A program made the position numbers and the translations under genes. This document shows positions 11,482 through 23,700 of a stretch of DNA of 64,000 bases, in pieces. Source of the stretch: Macrostomum lignano (lineage: Eukaryota); NCBI GenBank assembly GCA_002269645.1, contig NIVC01000827.1, positions 186,001-250,000 of the forward strand, read 5' to 3'. Below the pieces are notes generated by a model. That model was not told the origin of the DNA. It worked only from the letters and a program-made list of their open reading frames with translations, and did no database searches. Every line of letters begins with the position of its first letter. Position 1 is the stretch's first letter.

Positions 11482-11994
11482 TTACAGAAGCAGCATCTCA
11501 AACTCCTTCAGCGAGTAGTAGAAGCCAAAATTAAACCTCCAAATAACACTCTGTGCAAAAGCACCTCCAATGGCAGCAGATGCGTCTTTGTACTCTCCGT
11601 TCGGAAGGGTGGTGAAACAGCTCCTAAACCACCAGGCACCTTTATGACTTGTTGCGCAGTTGCCAGTCCTCGTGTCGTGATCGGCGTCCTTCGTGGTGAA
11701 CTGCATGCCGCTGTGACTTGTGAAGCAGTCGCCGATGCCGGCGCTGCCGGAGAAGCCGGACACGCTCAGCCGGTAGTTGTCCGACTCGGGACCCACGGAG
11801 AAGCTGGAGTACTCAGCCCAGTGCTCAGAGTCGTTCCACGCCTTCATCAGGATCCTCAGCTTCCGAGGACCAGAAGCAGTGAGAGCGTGGAGAGAGTTCA
11901 GGCCTGGGAAGATGCGGACGTCATGGCGGTGTTTGTCATTGACAAAAGGAAGCAATTGAGTTGGAAAAGGAAGCGAATGAAGCACATCAGGGAC
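11482..11994 (-). pseudogene. FReD copy 3: intact exon 3 (11903-11482) plus most of intron 2; exons 1-2 absent
   Basis: Exon 3 is 422 bp and open (GLNSLHALT...YYSLKEFEMLLL*); intron homology to copy 2 ends near 11995. Confidence 0.85.
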
Positions 11995-12214
11995 ATCTTC
12001 CCAATTTTCCCTACCGGGCTCGTCCGTGATGCTGGTAGTCATTTACTTTATTGGGGCTAGAAGTTATAAAATGTTGAATAATTTTGCAGTGAAGCGAGGT
12101 TGGAGGCTGCGGCACCAGCACTGGGGAGATAGGCGGCAATGCAGAGCGATAGGAGAGAAGAATGCACTGCTGTAGGCCTAGCTGCGGTGCGGCACGTGGG
12201 AAAGAGTCAGAGCT

Positions 12215-13402
12215 GGTGAGCATGATGTCCAGCGATTCCCCGGGGTTCTCAGCGAGCCGGCCATCCGGTCTTTTAATGACTGAGAGCTTTGACATTTTGT
12301 CGAGGGTGAGAGCCTTAACCACGCGTGAAGTAGGGCGGGTGCCTTCTAACTCCGCGCAGTATTGGCGCCACTTGTCGGACTTGGCTTTCCTGGTTTCACA
12401 CTGAAAGTCCCGAATCGCGTCCTGATAGGCGGCCAGGTCAGCTGGGTCCTTGCTCTTGCGAGCTTTCCGTTGGAGGCACTTTGCCTTGCGCCGGAGGGAT
12501 ACAAGCGCCGGGTGCCACCAAAGGGCGGATTTTTTGCCTTTGTAGGCTTTAAGAGGACAGGAAGCCTCATGAGCTGTCAGGACGGTCTTGCTGAGCAAGT
12601 CTGCAAGGTCATCCACTTCCTGACAGGTGGTTGGAGCAGCGGTAGTCAGCTGATCTGTCTGGCATTTCAGGGTTTCCGCGAAAGCGTTCCTTTTCCACAG
12701 GATGTTAGGTTTGGGGCCAGAGGATTGCAATCGAAAGCGAACGAAACGATGATCAGACAGAGACTCCTCTTCGTCCCACACCTCCCAGTCCTTGACCAGA
12801 GGAGCCAGGCCGTGGGAGACGAGGGTCTCGTCGAAGGCCTCCGTCCATCGTCCGTTGTCGAAGGTTTGAGTTTCACCTGTATTGCAAAACTTAGTATTGG
12901 TGGTGCAGATATAAGCCAGGAGTTCCTCGCCTCTGCTGTTGGACGTGTTACTGCCCCAGTGTGTGTGGTGCGCGTTAATGTCGCCCGCCACCAGCAGCTG
13001 GAACCTGCGGTCAGAGCAGTAGTCCACGAGGGAGGTGAGGTTAGGTGAAACCACGGGACCGTCGCCAGGAATGTAAATCGAGGCGATAATGATCGTGCGG
13101 TTGGCGATGATGTGATTGGATTGAATGGCACAGAGGTCTCTGTCAGAGAGGTCCTGTCTGTGCCAAGCTTTGAGATGGGTAGATACGAAAATGGCTGCTC
13201 TGGGGTTTTGAGTGTCCTAAAAACAGTCAAAACCAGCAGGAATATTCGGAATCTTACCTTTCTTCGTCCAGGGCTCCTGAAGTAGGATGATGCCCGGTTT
13301 TGCGAAGTTGGCCACCTGCATCAGGTTGGTCGAGGCCGCGATGCAGTGGTGCAGGTTCAGCTGCAGGATGTCCACTCTCGGAATTCCACGGATGGTCCGC
13401 AC
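12215..13402 (-). pseudogene. LINE ORF2 N-terminal APE endonuclease and linker, with a nonsense codon
   Basis: ORFs 13217-13402 and 12011-13054 are in the same frame, joined across a single TAG. Confidence 0.85.
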
Positions 13403-13416
13403 AGCTTCCTGCTTGC

Positions 13417-15220
13417 TCAGGGCGAGTTGTGCAAGAGAGCTGCCTCTTCCGCCTCGCCGATGGCTCCAGGCTCCAGTTCTATGGGCTCCTCCCGGATAGT
13501 TTCCAGGGTCGAGGGCGGGGCTGCCATAGGGGCGGCATTCGCATTCTCGGCCCGGTTTTCCGGGTGGGCCGCAGTGATGATACGAGTGGTGATACTGGGC
13601 TGGGGGTTGCTGCGGTTTTGAGCCTTGGCGGTGTCCAGCAGCTGCTTCGCGCGCTGAGTCAGACCAGAGCGGATAGTGTTCCGGGCGGGTTTCCGGCCCT
13701 TTCCACGTCCGCTTGTTACTGCAGCTTTCGCAGCTTTCCCCTTAACGGGGTCCACGTCCTCGGAGGGGTCGTGGCGCACAGCTGCTCCTTTTCCAGAGCG
13801 CTTCGGCCCGGCAGAGCTCCCGCTGGCCCGCTTACGCTTCTCCGGGGGCGGTGGACGGGTGGTGTCGGATTCAAAACAAAAGATTTGGATCTGCATCAGC
13901 CCGACAGAAATAAGGGACATGTCCGGATAGCGGAGAATCCAGCTATCCGACAGTCCGAGGATTGCCGTGAACCCGTCTCCGCCCGGCTTGGAGATAGTTC
14001 CATGAACCACGACGCCATTTGCCGGCAGGGCCGGATTGGTTGCCAGCAGCAGGCGGCGCAGCTCGTCGGCGTTGGTGATGGCGCTGCGAGCCGGAATCCA
14101 GGCACGGTGCCAATGTGTGTCCGGGGTCGCTCGTCCTCCCTGTAGATAAAAAGGTTTCCCAGCTCCGCACTCCAGTCGAAGGCTTTCAGCGTCTCAAGGA
14201 GCTGCTGCCCAGACTGGCTGTCGGCGGGCTGGATTTGGAGGGCCTGGTCCTCGACATTCGTCTTCAGGACTTGAATGACGGTGCCGCTCAAGGCCATCCT
14301 GACCAGGTAGGAGTCCAACCTCGGCTTAGTGGTATGGCCAGCACCCCCCGTTTTGGATCCCTCTGCAGCCGTGGGAGTTTCCACACGAGCAGAGGTCCCA
14401 CCGCGGGAGGGGCCAGCCTCACCAGAAGCTTTGGCGGCACCCGACGCTTCCGGCCGACGCGCGGAGTCCGCCCCTTTGTCGGATGTCGGTCCCTCCGCGG
14501 GATTCACAGAGTTTCCGGCACCCTCCTCAGAGGTGGCAGATGAGGCGGCTTTCGCACTCCTCTGTTCCTCCGCTTTGCGCTGGCGGAAAGTGTTATGTCT
14601 TCTGCTTCTTCTAAGACTAGCTCGTATAATTCCAGTCTCAATAGACTCTTCTAGATCAACGACATTAAAGTCGAAGTCCGTGATGTTTAATTGAAGCGAG
14701 TTACCGGCGTACGAGCCGGTACCGGCTCGTACTTTATATTTTATATATTATTTTACTTGTTGTTTCTTTCTCTTTTAGTCGCGGCTATTAAGAGCACTCA
14801 AGTCAAGCACATGGACATGAGCACTGTAATGCATAACACAAATGAAAACAACGTGCGTCGTATACGCAATAGTTACATTATAGCATATGCAACATTTCCC
14901 CTTTTGTCAAATAAAATTTGCATTGTCAGTGATCCGAATTATCAACTGTATTGCAACCTTACAGCTTAGTAACGAGCGATGCTACGGGCCTTCCGCTTAG
15001 AGATCGGGGGCCCGCTGCCCTGTTTTCCAGCCACTTCGGTGGGAGTGGGGGAGGCTACTAAAGCAAGTGGGGGGAGGCTGCTGGACCGTAACCCCAAACC
15101 CAACAGCCAGCCAAAAGAATAGCGACCAGGGGGTGGCTTAAGCTTTACTGGCCCGATCGCTAGCAACCGAGAAACTCCTCGGCTAAGAGCCCGGCTTGGA
15201 GAGAACAGAGGCCGAACCAA
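13417..15220 (-). pseudogene. LINE ORF1-like region, frameshifted and split by an insertion
   Basis: Lies immediately upstream of ORF2; basic low-complexity termini; fragments in ORFs 14966-15220, 13896-14507 and 13417-14010. Confidence 0.55.
14591..14963 (+). mobile_element. AT-rich ~373-bp insertion, possible solo LTR
   Basis: TGTTA...TTACA termini, AATAAA near the 3' end, abrupt GC drop inside the GC-rich ORF1 region; no TSD found. Confidence 0.4.
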
Positions 15221-15668
15221 AGGTCCATCAGCGCGGTGCTACACTGGGCCCTTGAGAGAGACAAAGAAGGCTGTGTCCGGAGCCTGCGGACTGGCAGCAT
15301 ACCCTGTTAAGGTCAGAGGGTAACACCTGTTCCTCAGAGCCGTGGCTGGAGATATCTGATACGCACAGGTTCACTTCCGGGCAGAGCCCGTACCCAAAGC
15401 GGCCAAGAAGAAGCCAAGGCCACGGATGGGTTGCCGCCGCCGGAGCCCAGTCAGTCCAGCAGCCCTAGGGCTGCCTTGAACACATGCGGGACGTGAACCC
15501 CTGGGTCGGCTTGTGAGTCAGCTTGGAGAGAGTTCTCCTGCCATTCCTGCGCCAGAATAGATCGAGGGGGTGCAGGTGTGTAGGATCGCAGACCTTAGCT
15601 CGTTAGCCTGATCTATCTCATGCTACACAGGCGTGCCGAGCTCACCATTTCATGTGTAACCAACCCCA

Positions 15669-15852
15669 GCATCCACCTGTAACCCAGCACCCACCTGTAA
15701 CTTAGCACCCACCTGTAACCCAGCACCCACCTGTAACTTAGCACCCACCTGTAACCCAGCACCCACCTGTAACTTAGCACCCACCTGTAACCCAACACCC
15801 ACCTGTAACTCAGCACCCACCTGTAACCAACCCCAGCATGCACCCACCCGTA
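15669..15852. repeat. 18-bp minisatellite CACCCACCTGTAAC(CC/TT)AG
   Basis: Alternating variants give a 36-bp period. Confidence 0.95.
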
Positions 15853-15870
15853 ATCAACTTCAGCATGCTG

Positions 15871-16330
15871 GAATATCTAGATCTCCAGATTCTCCATTAG
15901 AAATATCTAAGTCTAGATTCTCCATTAGAAATATCTAGATCTCCAGATTCTCCATTAGAGATATCTAGATCTCCAGATTCTCCATTAGAAATATCTAAGT
16001 CTAGATTCTCCATTAGAAATATCTAAGTCTAGATTCTCCATTAGAAATATCTAAGTCTAGATTCTCCATTAGAAATATCTAGATCTCCAGATTCTCCATT
16101 AGAGATATCTAGATCTCCAGATTCTCCATTAGAAATATCTAAGTCTAGATTCTCCATTAGAAATATCTAGATCTCCAGATTCTCCATTAGAGATATCTAG
16201 ATCTCCAGATTCTCCATTAGAAATATCTAAGTCTCCGGATTCTCCATTAGAAATATCGAGATCTCCAGATTCTCCATTAGAAATATCTAGATCTCCAGAT
16301 TCTCCATTAGAAATATCTAGATCTCCAGAT
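15871..16330. repeat. 28/30-bp minisatellite AATATCTAGATCTCCAGATTCTCCATTAGA
   Basis: Visible tandem units of two lengths. Confidence 0.95.
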
Positions 16331-16510
16331 ACTGATTGCAGCGGCTTCCGCAGAGGATATATTAACAAATTTGAGGAGGGCAAACGAGCTTGAGTCGGCT
16401 TCTGTGAACCCGAGAGAGGCAGAGACGAGAAAGAGCTTCAGCATCATCTGGGCCAAACTGATGGCTAAGGGAAGACACCTGCAGCATCCGCAGAGACAGA
16501 TGGCTGCAGT

Positions 16511-16965
16511 CTGGATCACAGTCTGGGTAACATTCTGGGTCACGGTCTGGGTCACAGTCTGGGTAAAATTCTGGGTCAAAGTCTGGGTCACAGTCTGGGT
16601 CACAGTCTGGGTCACAGTCTGGGTAAAATTCTAGGTCAAAGTCTGGGTCACAGTCTGGGTCACAGTCTGGGTCACAGTCTGGGTCACAGTCTGGGTCACA
16701 GTCTGGGTCACAGTCTGGGTCACAGTCTGGGTCACATTCTGGGTAAACTTGTGGGTCACAGTCTGGGTCACAGTCTGGGTAAAATTCTGGGTCACAGTCT
16801 GGGTAAAATTCTGGGTCAAAGTCTGGGTCACAGTCTGGGTAAAATTCTGGGTCACAGTCTGGATCATAATCTGGGTAAAATTCTGGGTCACACTCTGGGT
16901 CCCAGTTTGGGTCACAGTCCGGGTCAAATTCTGAGTCAAATTCTGGGTCGCTGTCTGGGTCACTG
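16511..16965. repeat. 12-bp minisatellite CTGGGTCACAGT
   Basis: Visible tandem units. Confidence 0.95.
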
Positions 16966-17135
16966 TCTGTGTCTTTAAAGTCAAAGTGGGGAAGTTTAAA
17001 GTGGGTAAAGCCTTTGGGTCACCTTTAACCCTTCACCTTTAAACCTTTAACCTTCACCTTTGGGTGCGGGTGTCGCTAGAGATAGATAATTGATAGAGGA
17101 TAAATGTGTAAGAGCGTGGATAGAGAGACAGGCTG

Positions 17136-18020
17136 GTAGATAGGGAGACAAACTGGTAGATAGGGAGACAAACTGGTAGATAAGGAGACAAACTGGTAGA
17201 TAGGGAGACAAACTGGTAGATAGGGAGACAACCTGGTAGATAGGGAGACAAACTGGTAGATAGGGAGACAAACTGGTAGATAGGGAGACAAACTGGTAGA
17301 TAGGAAGACAAACTGGTAGATAGGGAAACAACCTGGTAGATAGAGAGACAAACTGGTAGATAGCGAGACAAACTGGTAGATAGGGAGACAAACTTGTAGA
17401 TAGGGAGACAAACTGGTAGATAGGGAGACAAACTGGTAGATAGGAAGACACCCTGGTAGATAGGGAGACAACCTGGTAGATAGGGAGACAACCTGGTAGA
17501 TAGGGAGACAAACTGGTAGATAGGGAGACAAACTGGTAGATAGGGAGACAACCTGGTAGATAGGGAGACAAACTGGTAGATAGGGAGACAAACTGGTAGA
17601 TAGGGGGACAAACTGGTAGATAGGGAGACAAACTGGTGGATAGGGAGACAAACTGGTGGATAGGGAGACAAACTGGTGGATAGGGAGACAAACTGGTAGA
17701 TAGGGAGACAAACTGGTAGATAGGGGGACAAACTGGTGGATAGGGAGACAAACTGGTAGATAGGGAGACAAACTGGTGGATAGGGAGACAAACTGGTAGG
17801 TAGTGAGACAAACTGGTAGATAGGGGGACAAACTGGTGGATAGGGAGACAAACTGGTGGATAGGGAGACAAACTGGTGGATAGGGAGACAAACTGGTAGG
17901 TAGTGAGACAAACTGGTAGATAGGGGGACAAACTGGTGGATAGGGAGACAAACTGGTGGATAGGGAGACAAACTGGTGGATAGGGAGACAAACTGGTAGA
18001 TAGGGAGACAACCTGATAGA
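17136..18020. repeat. 20-bp minisatellite TAGATAGGGAGACAAACTGG
   Basis: Visible tandem units. Confidence 0.95.
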
Positions 18021-18650
18021 TAGGCTCACTAAGTAGATAGGTAGTTGATTCCAAATTCATCTGAAAGCAAGATTGCAAGGATTTGAAGCAGTGCTTTTTC
18101 AGAGAGCTGCCCCAGTTCCGCACCAGTTCATTGGGTCAGGGACGCACGCAGGAGTTTTGTGCGTCCAATAATTTTGTGAAGTGGCTTCTGTTGCCAGCCG
18201 GTCATTTTGCTCAGTGATGCATCTCAAAGTCTGTGGTTTGAAAAAATGCAGATAGAAAAGAGACCTGTTTTAAGACTAATAGGTAAGTTAATTTAAATGA
18301 ATTCAGGTGCCAACTGCTCAGAGTGGCTGCGAGTGCATCCGAGAGATGGATCCGATTGAAAGGGTTAGAGTTGCTCACTGTTTCTCCAAACTTTTGAAGG
18401 CCATTCTGTGCAGAAGTTTTCCGGCAGGCAATAAAAGTCGGAGTCCATCGCTTTTGAATGCAAAGGGGATTTTGTCATGGGTATCTTTATTGTCAGTAGT
18501 ATCGAGCGCTTTATCTGACGGATTTCTTCGCTGCGCAACAAAAGTTTTGGACAAATTTTCAAAAACGTCTATGTTGCTTCAAAACTGCTTGAGCGCTCGA
18601 TTTTGCAAGTTGCAGCAGCAGAAATCTTCTGTGCCATCATGCTGGTGCTG

Positions 18651-19681
18651 CTACAGAAGCAGCATCTCGATCTCCATCAGCGAGTAGTAGAATCCGAAGT
18701 TATATTGCCAAATGACTCCCTGTGTAAAAGCACCTCCAATGGCAGCAGATGCGTCTTTGTACTCTCCGTTCGGGAGGGTGGCGAAACAGCTCCTAAACCA
18801 CCAGGCACCTTTATGACTTGTTGCGCAGTTGCCAGTCCTCGTGTCGTGATCGGCGTCCTTCGTGGTGAACTGCATGCCGCTGTGACTTGTGAAGCAGTCG
18901 CCGATGCCGGCGCTGCCGGAGAAGCCGGACACGCTCAGCCGGTAGTTGTCCGACTCGGGACCCACGGAGAAGCTGGAGTACTCGGCCCAGTGCTCAGAGT
19001 CGTTCCACGCCTTCATCAGGATCCTCAGCTTCCGAGGACCAGAAGCAGTGAGAGCGTGGAGAGAGTTCAGGCCTGGAAAGATGCGGACGTCATGGCGGTG
19101 TTTGTTATTGAAGTCCGAGTTGGAAAAGGAAGCGAATGGAGCAGATCCGGGATGCACTCACCGATCCAGTAGTTTCCGTCGGGTCCCTCGCCGAACTCGC
19201 TCTGGTACTGAGTCCAGTTGCGGTAAAAGTCCACTGAGCCGGACACCCTGTGCTGCACGGTGGTCCAGCAGTCACTGCCGGCTGTCTGCAAGGTGACACA
19301 ACAGGTGTGTCAGCTTTTATGCTCTGCGTAAAAGCGTGGCTGTGATGCTGACACATCTAACAGAGTGACTCACCCACACTCGCTGAGCTCCCTTGTTCGC
19401 ATTGCGGCACTTCCTGCAGTGGCTCAGGCCCATGCGGCATCTGAACTGAGCGCACAGGCCGGAGCTGGCGTTGAACGCCACCAGGTGCACAGCGGAATCT
19501 CTGCTGGCACGCACGGTGCAATCCAAGTCGCTTCGGACAGGCAGCGACCTCACGGCCTCGTACTCGGAGAGGCTCTCGTGGCCAAGAGACCACTCTCGCC
19601 CAAGCGATGAGGCCTCGGGTGCAGCGGGCTGTTGTGCCATCAGCAAAATCAGAGCGGCGTGGATCACTATGTACTTTTCAT
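18651..19681 (-). CDS. FReD copy 4 (exons ~19681/19667-19374, 19285-19162, 19072-18651), ~280 aa; start codon ambiguous
   Basis: Open spliced frame with phases 0 and 1; FBG motifs FSTKDADHD-type and GAWWFRSC; the nearest upstream ATG (19681) is one base out of frame. Confidence 0.8.
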
Positions 19682-20695
19682 CGCGATTTCCTGGAATTCA
19701 TTTGGGGAAAATATCTTGCTAGTTGTGTACGAGTCGTACTAAATAATAAGAAATTTTAATTTTACATTTGGAATAGGTGGATTCATTTTGTACGATCAAT
19801 CTACGAGTAGTCACTTGATTTCTAAACGGTCGAGAGAGCGTCGAGTCAGAGATGAATTGTTCTGTACAGATCAAACAGTAGAAACGTACCGTTTACGGAG
19901 ATTTATAGATAGAGGCTAACGTTAAGCAGGGATGCAGAGCTGTTGCGACTCACTCCCTATCGCCAGGCTTATCTCAAGAACAGCCGCGCGAGCCCAAATA
20001 TTTATGGGCTGCTTTTTCAAGCAACGCCAGTCCTCACAGCCTGGCGTGAAGGCCCATAGCAACAAGCGATGGAATGCCGGGATAAGACAATAGAAAACGC
20101 CTGTCTCAGCTCGTCCTGCATCTTTTCTGGAAACTCAGTTGCCAGTAACGAAGTAATTGGCAAGCTCGTGGATCTGTCAGTTAGAGTTCAAGGGCTACCA
20201 GGAATACGAGTATACTCATTAAAAAAACATTTATACTCAAATCCACGTGGCTGATGGACAGACTGCTTGTTCGGACACTGCAGCGCCCCTGCGAGTGCAA
20301 TGTAGATTGAAGAGTTTTTAATTAAAACACAGTTTGCACTCCATGTAGAGAGCATCTTACACCTGTCTGTAACTGTTGCGTAGGGTGTACAATTTTTGTG
20401 TACAAAATATCATTATAATTAATATCTATCGCCGGGGCACTGATTAGCGCTCGTCTGTTTCGCTGAGTCATTTCCTGTTTCGAAAATAGTAATTTCCTCG
20501 GATGTTACATCCGGCTTCCGTTGCCAAGTCGAAGTCCAGATCCGTTATTGTTAGTTTCCATGCGCGTTTGCTTCTTTATTTTTATGGCAAATGAGAGTAC
20601 AATACAAAGTACGAAGTACAATGAAAGTAAATTTATTAAAAAAATACATTCTCATAAATACAAAATACATTTATTTATAACACAATATATTTATT

Positions 20696-20701
20696 TTTAT
20701 T
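20696..20701 (-). terminator. Candidate REV3L polyadenylation signal AATAAA
   Basis: About 35 nt beyond the distal end of the 3' UTR satellite, in AT-rich sequence; a second AATAAA at 20690-20695. Confidence 0.5.
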
Positions 20702-20735
20702 GATTTATGATAGTGAAACTTCAGTATACTCGTAT

Positions 20736-23700
20736 TCACAGAAGTGCCTCAGTCACAGAAGTGCCTCAGTCACAGAAGTGCCTCAGTCACAGAAGTGCCT
20801 CAGTCACAGAAGTGCTTCAGTCACAGAAGTGCCTCAGTGACAGAAGTGCTTCAGTCACAGAAGTGCCTCAGTCACAGAAGTGCCTCAGTCACAGAAGTGC
20901 CTCAGTCACAGAAGTGCCTCAGTCACAGAAGTGCCTCAGTCACAGAAGTGCCTCAGTCACAGAAGTGCCTCAGTCACAGAAGTGCCTCAGTCACAGAAGT
21001 GCCTCAGTCACAGAAGTGCCTCAGTCACAGAAGTGCCTCAGTCACAGAAGTGCCTCAGTCACAGAAGTGCTTCAGTCACAGAAGTGCTTCAGTCACAGAA
21101 GTGCTTCAGTCACAGAAGTGCTTCAGTCACAGAAGTGCTTCAGTCACAGAAGTGCTTCAGTCACAGAAGTGCTTCAGTCACAGAAGTGCCTCAGTCACAG
21201 AAGTGCCTCAGTCACAGCAATGCCTCAGTCACAGAAGTGCTTCAGTCACAGAAGTGCCTCAGTCACAGAAGTGCCTCAGTCACAGAAGTGCTTCAGTCAC
21301 AGAAGTGCTTCAGTCACAGAAGTGCTTCAGTCACAGAAGTGCTTCAGTCACAGAAGTGCTTCAGTCACAGAAGTGCTTCAGTCACAGAAGTGCTTCAGTC
21401 ACAGAAGTGCCTCAGTCACAGAAGTGCTTCAGTCACAGCAATGCCTCAGTCACAGAAGTGCCTCAGTCACAGAAGTGCTTCAGTCACAGCAATGCCTCAA
21501 TCACAGAAGTGCCTCAGTCACAGCAATGCCTCAGTCACAGAAGTGCCTCAGTCACAGAAGTGCTTCAGTCACAGCAATGCCTCAGTCACAGAAGTGCCTC
21601 AGTCACAGAATTGTCTCAGTCACAGAATTGTCTCAGTCACAGAAGTGCTTCAGTCACAGAAGTGCTTCAGTCACAGAAGTGCCTCAGTCACAGAAGTGCC
21701 TCAGTGACAGAAGTGCCTCAGTCACAGAAGTGCCTCAGTCACAGAAGTGCCTCAGTCACAGCAATGCCTCAGTCACAGAAGTGCTTCAGTCACAGAAGTG
21801 CCTCAGTCACAGAAGTGCCTCAGTCACAGAAGTGCTTCAGTCACAGAAGTGCTTCAGTCACAGAAGTGCCTCAGTCACAGAAGTGCCTCAGTCACAGAAG
21901 TGCCTCAGTCACAGAAGTGCCTCAGTCACAGAAGTGCCTCAGTCACAGAAGTGTCTCAGTCACAGAAGTGCCTCAGTCACAGAAGTGCTTCAGTCACAGA
22001 AGTGCCTCAGTGACAGAAGTGCCTCAGTCACAGAAGTGCCTCAGTGACAGAAGTGCCTCAGTCACAGAAGTGCCTCAGTCACAGAAGTGCCTCAGTCACA
22101 GAAGTGCCTCAGTCACAGCAATGCCTCAGTCACAGAAGTGCTTCAGTCACAGAAGTGCCTCAGTCACAGAAGTGCCTCAGTCACAGAAGTGCCTCAGTCA
22201 CAGAAGTGCCTCAGTCACAGAAGTGCCTCAGTCACAGAAGTGCCTCAGTCACAGAAGTGCCTCAGTCACAGAAGTGCTTCAGTCACAGAAGTGCCTCAGT
22301 GACAGAAGTGCTTCAGTCACAGCAGTGCCTCAGTGACAGAAGTGCCTCAGTCACAGAAGTGCCTCAGTCACAGAAGTGCCTCAGTCACAGAAGTGCTTCA
22401 GTCACAGAAGTGCCTCAGTCACAGAAGTGCCTCAGTCACAGAAGTGCTTCAGTCACAGAAGTGCTTCAGTCACAGAAGTGCTTCAGTCACAGAAGTGCTT
22501 CAGTCACAGAAGTGCTTCAGTCACAGAAGTGCTTCAGTCACAGAAGTGCTTCAGTCACAGAAGTGCCTCAGTCACAGAAGTGCTTCAGTCACAGCAATGC
22601 CTCAGTCACAGAAGTGCCTCAGTCACAGAAGTGCTTCAGTCACAGCAATGCCTCAGTCACAGAAGTGCCTCAGTCACAGCAATGCCTCAGTCACAGAAGT
22701 GCCTCAGTCACAGAAGTGCCTCAGTCACAGAAGTGCTTCAGTCACAGCAATGCCTCAGTCACAGAAGTGCCTCAGTCACAGAATTGTCTCAGTCACAGAA
22801 TTGTCTCAGTCACAGAAGTGCTTCAGTCACAGAAGTGCTTCAGTCACAGAAGTGCCTCAGTCACAGAAGTGCCTCAGTGACAGAAGTGCCTCAGTCACAG
22901 AAGTGCCTCAGTCACAGAAGTGCCTCAGTCACAGAAGTGCTTCAGTCACAGAAGTGCCTCAGTCACAGAAGTGCCTCAGTCACAGAAGTGCTTCAGTCAC
23001 AGAAGTGCTTCAGTCACAGAAGTGCCTCAGTCACAGAAGTGCCTCAGTCACAGAAGTGCCTCAGTCACAGAAGTGCCTCAGTCACAGAAGTGCCTCAGTC
23101 ACAGAAGTGTCTCAGTCACAGAAGTGCCTCAGTCACAGAAGTGCTTCAGTCACAGAAGTGCCTCAGTGACAGAAGTGCCTCAGTCACAGAAGTGCCTCAG
23201 TGACAGAAGTGCCTCAGTCACAGAAGTGCCTCAGTCACAGAAGTGCCTCAGTCACAGAAGTGCCTCAGTCACAGCAATGCCTCAGTCACAGAAGTGCTTC
23301 AGTCACAGAAGTGCCTCAGTCACAGAAGTGCCTCAGTCACAGAAGTGCCTCAGTCACAGAAGTGCCTCAGTCACAGAAGTGCCTCAGTCACAGAAGTGCC
23401 TCAGTCACAGAAGTGCCTCAGTCACAGAAGTGCTTCAGTCACAGAAGTGCCTCAGTGACAGAAGTGCTTCAGTCACAGCAGTGCCTCAGTGACAGAAGTG
23501 CCTCAGTCACAGAAGTGCCTCAGTCACAGAAGTGCCTCAGTCACAGAAGTGCCTCAGTCACAGAAGTGCCTCAGTCACAGCAATGCCTCAGTCACAGAAG
23601 TGCCTCAGTCACAGAAGTGCCTCAGTGACAGAAGTGCCTCAGTCACAGAAGTGCCTCAGTCACAGAAGTGCCTCAGTCACAGAAGTGTCTCAGTCACAGA

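Larger units (their letters stand above)
12200..15650 (-). mobile_element. 5' half of a non-LTR retrotransposon (Loa/R1-like): 5' UTR, disrupted ORF1, APE endonuclease of ORF2; RT absent
   Basis: ILQLNLHHC...ILLQEPW...LVAGDINAHHTHWGS...SRGEELL...SLSDHRFVRF; one in-frame TAG at 13217-13219. Clade and 5' boundary are inferred. Confidence 0.8.

Noticed and set aside
11470-12060. + strand ORFs over FReD, LINE and REV3L exons (e.g. 4908-5282, 18603-19172, 13300-14145, 43062-43808)
   Set aside because: Antisense shadows of GC-rich coding sequence.
15590-15662. Possible HDV-like ribozyme at the LINE 5' end (P1 GTTACAC/GTGTAGC, P2 AGCTCG/CGAGCT after GGCTAA)
   Set aside because: Only 8 nt are available for P3-L3-P3, where ~13 are needed, and no P1.1 is evident. 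An RNArobo or Infernal scan would be decisive.
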